A stretch of 64,000 bases of DNA, from the NCBI GenBank assembly GCA_043228905.1, contig JBHGNT010000022.1:496001-560000 (forward strand), in the 5' to 3' direction. The position numbers and the translations under genes are program-made. This DNA comes from Azolla caroliniana (Eukaryota > Plantae > Polypodiophyta). This document shows, piece by piece, positions 13,166 through 25,000 of this stretch; the stretch's first letter is position 1, and every line of letters starts with the position of its first letter. The notes under the pieces were generated by a model that saw nothing but the letters and a program-made list of their open reading frames with translations, was not told the DNA's origin and made no database searches.

Positions 13166-14644
13166 TTTCAATGGCTATGTGTCTACAAACTTCCCCCAAA
13201 TTTGATTTAGGATTTGGGTGAATGTGGCTGACTTTTTACTTTTGATTCTTCCCTACCAATCATGGTACTAAATACACATGTCCCAATAGAGCAGAGGTAA
13301 CATGTATTGATTTTTTATTTCAGGTGGCTCGTTCCTCCATATCCTAGAGTGTTGAACTTTGCAAAGTTTTGCGAGACAAAAGAGGACTTTAACAACATAT
13401 ATGGTCTGTCATTAAAGGGTATTGACAATGTTGTTCTAACTTCTAACAAATAAATTGATTAGTGATGTAGACTAGTTGTCAGTCTATAAAGTGTGCCCAG
13501 AGTGAAAGGCAAGGTAAAGCTCAAGCATGTACGATCAGAGTTGTATGATGATTGCATGAGGCTCCACCAGAAAGTACATCAAGAGATCCCAGTCAACAAC
13601 GAGTTGTCTGTTGCATTCACTAGAGCTTTTGCATACAAGTATTACAAAACAACGAAAGACCCTGAAATGTACAGGGTAGCTTGGGCTATTTATGGTGAGG
13701 CATCGGTAGAACGATGCTGAAAGATGGGGAGCTTGCAACAAAAAATGGCAAGATTTTGGAGCATGACAGTTGATGATGCAATTGTTGACTCCCAACAAAC
13801 CCAAAAGTATACACCACACCGAAACATAATGAAAACCAATGTCGATGATACAGGTGAGACATTGATTAGCTATATGCTGAAAAATGTCCATGAAGCGTGT
13901 GAGACATTAAGGCAACAAAGTCTGATTTAGAGAGAGCAACATTGGCTGTTACGATGGAGAGCAAAGTCACTATGGCAGTGACAACAATCAAAAATAAGAT
14001 TCAGGTAGCTATTGTTTTGCTAGTATGTAACATGTTATAAATAACTTGTACATGAAAATGTGCTTAGTGAGGCATTATCTGGAACAAGTTGCTCAACATG
14101 AGCTCGAAATTGGGGGGCGCTGGATCCCTAGCAAAAAATTCAATGGACATGGACCTTATAGGTGTAAATATTGTCGTTGATTACAATTTGGAGAACCTCC
14201 AAGTAAGTTAATGATTCTTGTATCTTGTTGTTCTATCTTACTCATTAAGGAATGATAAATCGGTAATTGCTTGGTTGCATTCTAGGAACAATACTCCCAT
14301 CAAGAACAAGTAGTTAGCTGCCTTAAGAAGCAACTACATTTTGTGGAGGGGATGGTAAAGAGAAAACAAGAATTGAACCTCGACATTCTTGCTCCCTTAC
14401 CAAATGAAGGAGAATCAGGCAACGATATATTGACTGTTCAAGCACCTTGCATCGCTTGCAACTTAGGCGTAGACGACAAAACCGCTACTCTGTTGTTACA
14501 ACTACGACTATGCCAGCACACATACCATATCGTTTGTTTTCAATATGCATGACACATTGTTGCAGTCTATTTGGGGGATTGCAAAACAGCTCTCCTAGAT
14601 GAGTGGAGAAAACTGACAGGTAAAATTATTGCTTGTCTCTACAG

Positions 14645-15830
14645 TGTAGTAGCTAATTAGCTAACTCGTATAAAGTGTGGTAGCTATTTAGTTGTTATGG
14701 TTCAATAGTGTAGTAGCTAATTAGCTACAACCTAGGTATTAGCTAATTAGCCAAGATGTAGCTAATTAGCTATTATAAATCTATGGTGTGCCAGTAGCTA
14801 ATTAGCTAGATGTAGCTAATTAGCTTCTGCTAGCCTATAGTGTAGTAGCTAATTAGCTACTACCATATTATAGTAGAATAACCAATTAGCTACCATATTT
14901 AAGTAGAATAACTAATTAGCTAAGATGTAGCTAATTAGCTTCTACTAGCCTATAGTGTAGTAGCTAATTAGCTACTACCATATTATAGTAGAATAGCCAA
15001 TTAGCTGTTGTTAGCCTATAGTGTAGTAGCTAATTAGCTACTACCATATTATAGTAGAATAGCCAATTAGTTGTTGCTAGCCTATAGTGTAGTAGTTGAT
15101 TAGCTACAATGTAGCTAATTACCTACTACCATATTTAAGTAGAATAGCTTATTAGCTATGATGTAGCTAATTAGCTACTACCAACTTATAGTCTAGCAGC
15201 TAATTAGCTAAGATATAGCTAATTGCTAAGTAGTATCAAGAGTGATAGCTAATTAGTTACTGCCATAGTTAAGAAGAATAATTATTTAGCTAAGATGTAG
15301 TTATTTAGCTAAGCAGTATCAAGAGTGATAGCTAATTAGCTACTGCCATAGTTAAGAAGAATAACTATTTAGCTAAGATGTAGCTAATTAGCCACTACCA
15401 TACTAAAGTAGAATAACTAATTAGCTACTGCCATACTAAAGTAGAATAGCTAATTAGCTACTACAAGCCTATAGTCTAGCAGTTAATTAGCTAAGATGTA
15501 GTTAATTAGCTAAGCAATATCAAGAGCGATAGGTAATTAGCTATTGCCATAGTTAAGAAGAATAGTTATTTAGCTACTACCATACTAAAGTAGAATAACT
15601 AATTAGCTAGGATGTAGTTAATTAGCTTTTGTCAATCTATAGTCTAGAAGCTAATTAGCTAAGCAATATTAAGAGTGGTAGCTAATTAGCTACTACCATA
15701 GTTAGGAAGAATAGCTAAATAGCTTACTTAGCTAATTAGCTAGGATGTAGCAGTATCGAGCAGTATCAAGAGTGGCCACTAATTACCTACCATGTAACTA
15801 ATTAGCTATCATGTTTAGTATTCAACTAAG
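14645..15830. repeat. Palindromic TAGCTAATTAGCTA satellite array (intronic)
   Basis: Dozens of copies of self-complementary TAGCTAATTAGCTA with short spacers, lying between donor GGTAAA at ~14620 and acceptor TTGTAG at 15880. Confidence 0.9.
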
Positions 15831-15931
15831 GTCATAGAAAAACACAAGAGAAGTCGTTATTAGCTAACATGTTGTTGTAGAATCTCGTGGATTAAGGAGG
15901 TTGCATGAGTTGTCTAGTGCGAATGACGCAG

Positions 15932-18568
15932 TGTCGTGAAAATCCGTCACTATGTGTGGATCGTGAGACGGAACCACCGGGGTTCTGGACTAGAAGGATT
16001 TAGAGCAACATGAACAACACAAGCAAGTTTTAAGCATAAGACAAGTGGGAGAGACAAATCACTCGTTTATTGCAAAAGAAAATCGATTCTTTATCATTTC
16101 AGAATCGTGTTACAATGGATTGGGTATGGAAATGAGAGATTAATTTTTCAAAGAAAGGAGCCAACAACCATGCAAGGAGTGGTCCGATATGAATACCAGA
16201 GATAGTTTTTGACAAGAAAGATCAAGTAAACAAAGCTAGGAGTTTGATATCAATATGTGAGATAATTTGTTTCTCGAATCCGAGAGGGAAGAAGAAGGAA
16301 GGAAAAAAAAAAAAAAAACTAGGAGGAAAAAAATGGGACATATATCGAGCTCCTCGTTGCTCCTCCCCAATGTTACTTTGCATGCCCACTTTTTGTTGGA
16401 TGGCCTCTATTTTTAGTTGCATGCTTCCATTTTTAGATGCATGCCTTTTACTTTTAGTTGCATGGCCTTAGCTTTTGGTTGCATGCGATTGTCCGTATAA
16501 TTTGGCCAAATGACACAATCATCCATAAAGTTTAGCCCGTGCGCAATCCGTACGTGCATCGCAACCAAACCATAGACGCGTCCGCGCGCAAAAGTCCTGA
16601 CCGTGTAGTAGTGTACGCATCCATGCGCTGTCGTAGTGTATTTCGTACACTACGTGAAAAAGTAAAAATAATATAACCGATTTAATTACATATAAATAAA
16701 TAAAATAATATATCAAGATATTTATCACGTGCATAGGGCAAGATTCAAACCTTATACCTCCACATAGCCAAACCTCAACTTTACCATTATGCTACCTTAT
16801 CTTTAGTGTTCTACAAATAGATTTAATAACTATAAGTGCTTTATTTGCGCCTACCTTTATTAAAAGGTAAATCATGCATTTTTAGAGTGCGTGAATATTT
16901 TATAGAAAAACGCAAGCAACTAAAAAGTGACTCATGCACATCTAGCGTGCATGAGCACTATATTTAGCAAATAAAAGCAAGGATTAGAAAAGCATCACAT
17001 GCACATTTAGTGTGCATGAACATATTAGAAAAAAGCATGTAGCTATGCTTAGTCTCTCCCATCACTATAGAAGGATGGGGAGCACATTGTAGTTTTTGTT
17101 GATTATTTTTCTATAATGATCAATCAATCTAAAATATTCGTGGGATTCACGAATTTGCTAAAATAATTCTCTCTTACTACCTAAATATTGACTAAATATA
17201 CTAAACTCGTGGGATTCACGAGATTCTTATCTTATAACTCTTTATACCTATTCTTTACTAGCCTTATTTGTATTTTTCTTTCTCCTAGTCCAAAACCCCG
17301 GTGGTTCCCACCCGACTCACGCAAACGATCCGGAGCCGAAAGGCACGACAGCGCGCGCGTCCAACCTGCACCGTGTACGCATCCGCACGCAAAAGTCTCG
17401 ACGACACCGTTGTCGTGACGATTTTCGGCTACGGTGTGAAACCGAGTGAGACGAATAAACCAAGGATGTGCAACATTGCACATACACTTAGCAAATAAGC
17501 CTCCTAAGGCCTAGTGGCACTTGAGTTCATATAGAGGGGTGCAAGCAAGGTTTGAACCTTGCACCTCTAAGATACAAGATAATTGCCTTACCACTAGGAC
17601 AACTATCATATAGTGCAGAATTTATGTATTTCCTTTTCATATACAAATTATTGACGAAACAACCATAGAAAACCATGTGCACAAAACCATGGTTTTAAAC
17701 CCATGGCTTGTGCATGACATAAGCAAAACCGTGTGCATAAAACCATGGTTTTAGCCCATGGTTTTGTGCATGTCACGAGCATGGAAAGACCTATAAAAGC
17801 CTCTAGTTGGGCTTGTGTAAGGGGGGCTCAATATGTGATATCACCAACACCATTGTCATCAATATAATTATATTTGTCTTTATCTTCTTCATATTTTTCT
17901 ACTTCTCAAGTGTATAAGCTTTCTTCTTCTCAAGTGAACAAATTTCGTCTAATCTTACATTGATCGTCATCTCTTCGATAATTCCGCGAACGTCCTCCCC
18001 AGTCCAAGACCCCGGTGGTCACTTGAGTAGCACACGCACGCGCGAATCTTCGCGACACCGTAGTGTACGCATCCACGCATGCGCGTGTGCGCACACACAA
18101 ATCCGCGCGCTCGTCCGCACATACGCGTCCGTCCGAAACGTCCACGCGTACGCCCAAAACTTGCAAATGCGCGTACATCCGAAGACGTCCATGCGCGCGT
18201 ACGTCCGAAAACGTCCACGCGGCCATGCACACGCGTGTACACCCAAAGCGTGCAAACCACACAATGTAGCCCAAGTCACCTTGAACATTCTATGTTCCAC
18301 ACATTGATAGAATGAATATGTTTTGGTTTACCTTATATATCCTGCGTTCCAATGTTGTCCTATCTATGTGAGATATCTCATAGTTTTGTCTTTTCTTTCT
18401 TCTTCTTCAAACTTCACACTCACATAGCTTGATACTTGTTTATCTGTTTCATGCGTAGTAAAATACGCTATGAAACTCTTGAAGACACCTATCTATATGA
18501 ATACATTAAGCTAATCTTAAATAATTATTTTACTAGTTTTCATATTGTGTGTGAAAAACCACACGACA
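15932..18568. mobile_element. Non-coding LTR-like composite insertion with TGTCGTG...CACGACA termini
   Basis: 7-bp inverted termini, flanks GCAG/GCGG, a second internal CACGACA/TGTCGTG pair at 17350/17411 and TATA box CTATAAAAG at ~17790. Removing it restores the host reading frame (..ANDA-AIDEEIGG..). Confidence 0.55.
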
Positions 18569-20926
18569 GCGGCAATCGATGAGGAGATAGGTGGAAACGT
18601 GGCTGAAAGTTAGAGTCTTGCTATCACATCTCCTTTAGATCAACTCCACCCTGTTCTTTTGGAAGATTGTACTGAATTAGGCAACATTGTGAAAAGACAT
18701 GAAATATTGGAAAGAACATGTAAATCTAAGGTTCATAACAACAATGTTTTTGAACACTTGATGCAACATTCCTTCGAATCCTAAAACCTTGATTCAACCC
18801 CACCAAGCCCAACTATTGATGATGTCCCACCAGATCCCACTGTACTTGAAAAGCCACTGCAAGTCGCAGCTAACGTGCAAGCTGTTGTTGAGGTGATGGA
18901 AAGATTGTTGGAGGAGGACACACTTGCGCAATGGGTGAAAGAAGCAAGGCTAAATGGGCAACCGACTAGAAAAAGGTTGAAGAAGGGGTCACGATCGGGG
19001 ACAAGACCAGTTACTCGATCAAGGGACTCTTGAATTGGAGCTAATTACTACCGATTACTGATTAGTGGGATATGACTATTAGTTATTTTCTTAGAAAATT
19101 ATGAAGATGGCCTATGGTCTATTTGGACAAGTAAAACCTCAGATTGGTTGTTGCTTGATCCACATTATGTAATGGAACTCTATGATGGATTTTAAGATAT
19201 TATTATTATTTTGTTGTAGAATATTTCATGTTCATTATGTTGTTTAGTGAGACTGTTAGCTACTTTGTGAGTGTGAATATGTTGGGGTTTTCTGATGTGT
19301 AGAGTCTAAAGGGTTTGAATCTATTGCTCCTAAGGCCGATGGCAATGTGGAAACCGTTAATGTTGTTGTGTGTTTAGAGGGGCCCATCTTGAAAGTAGAT
19401 GTAGCAACTGACACAAATGATCTGGTCACGCAAGTAGATCAAGCATGTTGCACAAATGATCTGATTTTGTAGGTAGATGCATCATGTGATACCATTGGGC
19501 TAATATCGACCAGAGAAGTATCTACGTGCACAGAGGTAATGCCAGGACCGATGACATAGTCGACTATACAAGAGCAAAACTGTGTGAAGCCCAGGCCCTA
19601 TGACTTCACAAGAGCAAAAGAAGGTGAAGTAAGACCCAAAGACACAGTCAACCAAGGGTTTGAAGAGGAAAAGGACACCAATTGTGTCGACAGTTGATTG
19701 AAGTTGTGTGCTACCAATACTTGGTGTAACAGAGGCTCAGTTGTAGGAATGGAAACCTAAACCATTAGAAGACGAAAGAAGGGCCTTGATCTTGGAGCTT
19801 GATAAAGTCCTGATGAGTGTCCGATATATGACACCAAGGAGGGACACAAATCAATTTCTAGAGTGGGTTGTGGAATACTTTGATTTGTTTATTTGGAGTG
19901 AAAAATCACATTCAGATGTGTGGAAGTGTGTAGAAAGATTCTTCCCAAAGTGGCAACAACACTTCAAGGGTCAGTGGGCATGAGAAAGATGTGAACAATA
20001 GGATATTGCAAGATTCAAAAGACTTTCTGATTTTTGGCATACCTAGCTCGAGTATAATGCCGACAATACGTTGATTGTGGATACAGAACATTTCCGGCAT
20101 TACTACAACCTTCGCAGATGTTGTCTCATTGTACTTGACGAAATGCCTGATAACTACTTGGTGAAAACATTGAGCTGCCAACTAACTGCTTGGTTGTAGA
20201 CACCATACCGAGCTCGATATGCAGATCACATATGTAGAGAACTTCCACTGACCAACAAGAGCTTAGCTATTTATAGGCGCTTTGTAGACATTGCAAATGG
20301 TGTATTATAAATATGTAATTTGATGACAGATTAATCAATGAAAAGTTAAATCGCTTATTTTGAGTAAATCATCTACTGTGTATTTTAAAATAGGTCATTG
20401 ATTTCTGATTTCATGTTGTTGGTTGTTCTCAAAATGACAAACTGTTTGAACTTGTACATGGTTCACTTGAGAGTAAAAAAACCATTGCCAAAATTTATTC
20501 CAAACCGTATAATCGTCATTATGCACATTGAACTGACTAAAACCGAAAGTTGCAATAAGTAAAACTGACAATCAATACACATTTAACAAACACAATTTTA
20601 TTAAGAAACAAGAACAGAAAGAAGACTCCCAAACGATTTTATTAAACTTTTCTTTAAGATAGAAGAACACAAAGAAGACTGTATATAAAAAAGACACACA
20701 ATTTTATTAAACATACATGATTTTATCAAGAAAGAAGAACAAAAAGAAGACCGTATATAAAAAAGAAGATTCCCTAATGATTTTATTAACAAAAAAGAAT
20801 AGAAAGAAAACTGTATATTAGAAAGAAGACAGTCTCCCATATGATTTTATTAAACTGTTTTTTTGCAATACAACTACTTTGTCCACTTTACAAGAAAACA
20901 GGTATGATCTCCTTGTAGCTACAAAT

Positions 20927-22020
20927 TCATGACATACTATTGTAAACACATTCATACACATTAGCACTAATTGTGTATAAACCTGTGCAGTTATTGTATT
21001 GTAACATCAGGAAGTTGATGCACCTGACCAAATGAGAGTACATGTAAGCTATTGGTTTATCTTCTAAAAGCCTATACACATAATCGTAATCATCTAGTCT
21101 TGCATAAAAAATACCTTCAATGTAGAATGTCCCAGCAGATACAAAATTTCCCCAAGCATCTACAATATTCTGTGTTGCGCATTGTTTACAAACCTTGCAC
21201 TTCAATATATAGAAATCAGCAACCTCTGAATTGTCTTCTTCTACATTTACAATGAAATTTTCCCCAACGTTTATGACATCACTCAGAGTATCTCCACGGC
21301 CCTGATATGTGAAGTCAACATTGTTTTCTGTTTCTCCATCCGCTCGGTCCTTATCATTCAATGTATGGTACTCCCAATTCTACATATATGCTCTGTTTAA
21401 ACAATACCTCCAATTTGCATGCACACAATGGAAGCAAAAATAAGTTAATTCTCTAACCACAATACAATGACCATCCCAACATGGAGAGATTGCAATTCTA
21501 GAATTCCTTGGCACTCTGAGGTCTTCTCCCTATTTACTTCATCTATCTTCACTTCCCAAAATTCACATTTGATATCTCGAACCTACGAGGAATAAACAAC
21601 AATTGCACTCGTTGACATATTAGCTCTTAAAAATACGACTACATGTGCTGCACAATTCATATGCACAACATCTGCCTTTAGTTGTTCATGGGTAAGTGCC
21701 CGCTTTATAACTACACCTGCTCCATCATGTTCTCTCAGACACAATACTAAATCTAAAAGACCACTCATGGAAGAGATAACATGCTCTGATGATTTTCAAT
21801 GCTCTTGCAAGCTAGATCGACAAATTGGGCACTCACAAGTGCAAACTGCATCCTCTAGGGAGGAGCTATGGTGACGTAGTAGATTAACAGGGTCCTTGAG
21901 AAAACCCATTTGTACATGGTAAATGCAACAACATGTGTATTGATCCTTTAAGCGTCTCACAAAGTGTGGCTTAAGAGACTCGAATGTTCGTAGTTGAACT
22001 TTGATATTTGGATGCAATAG
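20927..22020 (-). pseudogene. C-terminal part of a CMC (EnSpm/Chapaev-like) DDE transposase, internally deleted
   Basis: FESLKPHFVRRLKDQYTCCCIYH..CTCECPIC, then EHDGAGVVIKRAL (HGKxxxDGxGGxxKR-type motif), then VRELTYFCFHC..W..CLN, then a 144-aa tail ORF. Confidence 0.65.
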
Positions 22021-22099
22021 TAGCTTTTAATTGTTGTAAAGTTACTATTGTCGACTCTAATTGTTGAACTATTGCATCCAAATACTAAAGCTACTATTG

Positions 22100-25000
22100 T
22101 CGACGGATTCATCTCGAGTCGGGTTAGTGGGCACTTTATTGACTAGCACGACATTGTCATGGTTTGCTCCATTGCTAGAAGCAAATTCTCCCCTACTCAA
22201 AAACTTTGAAGAATTTATCAAAGAGTTTAAGGCTTGCTTCGAAGACACAGATAGTGTAAGAACGACAATCAACAAGATTCGCACACTGCGACAAGGGGAT
22301 CAACCATCATCAACGTATGCAACCAATTTTCGTCTCATTGCAAGTGATATTCCTTGGGACGAACAAGCCCTAATGGAGCAGTTTCGTTCGGGCCTCCGTG
22401 GAGATGTAAAAGATTTACTTCTTACCTTCCTTGAGGATCCAAAATCACTTACAGAAGCTATTAGCCGAGCTGTACGGTGTGATAATCGGCTTTTTGAGCG
22501 TCAGTCTGAGTGACAACAACAACAAACAAGATCAAGATTTACGCCAACTTATGCATCAATGACGACGCAATCTCCAAGGCAACAATATAGCCCCATCCCA
22601 ACTCCATAGCAAGCATGTAGCCCAACACCAATGGATAGCCCGACACCAATGGAGATTGATATACCCGACGACGAGGACCTCTATTGGATGAAGAGAAACA
22701 ATGTCGTCAAGCAAATCGACTATGCTTATATTGTGGAGATCCAGGACATATTGCCATTCATTGCCCGCATAGACCGAGATGTTAGGTACATCACGTTAAC
22801 TATGATAATAGAAATGAGTTTAGCATTGTTAAAATTGTGTCAACTAGTGTTTCTAGTAATCCAAGTCTATCCAATAAGTTTGAGGTCCTAAGCCAATTAG
22901 AGGAGGAGTCAAATGAATAAGTCCGGCCAAAATCGAAGCCATTGGGTTGGACAGTCCTAGATCTGTACAACCTAGTGTGGGTTCCATCTCTTCCAAGCAT
23001 GTTAGTAGAGTTTTCTCAACCCAGGTACAAGTTAGGACACCAAGTTGTCAACTTCATGCCCTAGCTCTCATAGATACCAAAGCGAATTCTTGTTTCATGG
23101 ATAGAGACTTTGCCCGAAAACATCAAATGCCCTTGCATAAACTTCCTTGCCCAGTTTCCGTAGTAGTGATTGATGGTCGTCCCATAGCTTCTGGAAAGAT
23201 ATTCGAGGAGTCCGAGCTGATACACATAGTCTTAGGTGATTTAGGATGTGTAGTTTCCTTTAATATAATCGGTAGCCCTGAGCATCCAATAGTCCTTGGT
23301 TTGCCATGGTTCGAGCTACACAACCCAATAATTGATTAGAGACGACGCGAAATTAGGTACCCTTCAAAAGGAAACATAGTAGTCAAGGCTTGAACCCAGG
23401 ATCCTCCCCTTGGAAAACATAGTGTTACCAATTCACCCTCTACCAAACATGTTATTCCTCTTCATCAGATTTTAACCATCACCCTATAACAATTATGCCA
23501 AGAAGGAGCAAAAGAAGATTTATTCTTATTTGCCATATCAGTTGCACCTTCTAGTGACACTCAAGGGAAGTCAAAGGGCTACATTCCTAAAACGTATCAA
23601 GAAGTCTTCAACAAAGTCAAAGCTAGTGCACTTCCAAAGCATCGGCCATACGATTGTCCCATTGATCTGCAGCTAGGAAAAGAGCCACCATGGGGTCCGA
23701 TCTACAATCTGTCACCAACGGAGCTTGAGGTTCTTCAAGCATACATAGACGAGAATCTTGCAAGTGGATTTATTTGACATTCAAAGTCTCCGGCTGGTGC
23801 TCCTATCTTTTTTGTGAAGAAAAAGGACGGCTCACTTCGTTTGGTCGTGGATTATCGTAGAATAAATAAAGTCACAATAAGAAATAGGTATGCTCTACCT
23901 TTAATTTCCAGTCTTTTAGAGCGCATTGGTGGGGCAAAGCATTTTACCAAGATTGATCTAACGGGTGCATATAATCTTGTCCGTATTCGACCGGGAGATG
24001 AGTGGAAGACTGCATTTCGCACTCAATATAGCCATTTCGACTTATTGTCATGCCTTTTGGGCTCACAAATGCTCCCGCCATGTTTCAACATATGGCAAAT
24101 GACATTTTCCGAGATTTTCTAAATATCTTTCTCATCATCTATTTAGATGATCTATTGATTTACTCTAGAACATAGGCGGAGCATGATATACGTGTGCAGA
24201 AGGTACTCCAACGCTTAAGAGAGTATGGTCTTTATACCAAACTGGAGAAGTGCAGTTTTGTTTGCAAAGAAGTTGGGTTCTTGGGTTATACCATTTCATC
24301 CAAAGGTATGATCATGGATCCAGGGAAAGTTCAAACAATATTGGAATGGCATACTCCAAGTTCCGTCTGCGATGTCCAGTGTTTCCTTGGATTTGCCAAC
24401 TTATACCGCAAATTCATATGGAATTATTTGAAGATTGTATTGCCGCTCACTCAACTCACTAAAAGAAATCCAGCATTTGTTTGGACTCTTGAAGCAGACA
24501 AAGCCTTTATTCAATTGAAAGAGGCATTCACATCAGCTCTTGTCTTACCTCATGTTGATCCAAAAAAGTCATTTATCATTGAGGCAGATGCATCTGACTT
24601 TGCATTGGGGAGCATCCTATCACAACCAAGTGAAGATGGGCAGTTGCATCCAGTCACGTTTCACTCAAGAAAATTTAATGTTGTGGAGATCAACTACGAG
24701 GTGCATGACAAAGAGTTACTAGTTGTGGTCGAGTCTTTTCCACAATGGCGACATTTCTTGGAAGGTTCGCCTCATCAAATCATCATTTACAGTGACCACA
24801 AAAATCTTACATATTTTCAAACGACTTGAGTGCTAAATAGGTGACAAGCTTGGTGGGCGCAATTTTTAACTTGTTTTGATTTCAAGATCATTTTCCGCCC
24901 AAGGAAACAACAAGGGCAAGTAGATGCTCTATCTTGACGCTCATATTTGGCACTTCGCCCTAGAGATCCAACTTTCGAGAATCAAAGGCAAGTTCTCCTT

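Larger units (their letters stand above)
12733..20310 (+). pseudogene. Decayed spliced gene (or gene pair), probably transposon cargo, with a RING-H2-like finger and a C-terminal FCP1/NIF (HAD)-like domain
   Basis: ATG at 12733, donor GTATGT at 12847, acceptor TTTCAG at 13323. Coding blocks at 13324-14004, 14285-14620 (CIAC..x17..CQHTYHIVC), 15881-15931 joined to 18573-19030, and 19770-20310 (RALILELDKVL..PRRDTNQFLEWVVEYFDLFIWS..FKRLSDFW..YNADNTLIVDTE). Many in-frame TGA/TAG stops. Confidence 0.55.

Noticed and set aside
17930-18315. Six overlapping ORFs in a CG-rich tract
   Set aside because: The sequence is stop-poor and low-complexity, within an LTR-like element
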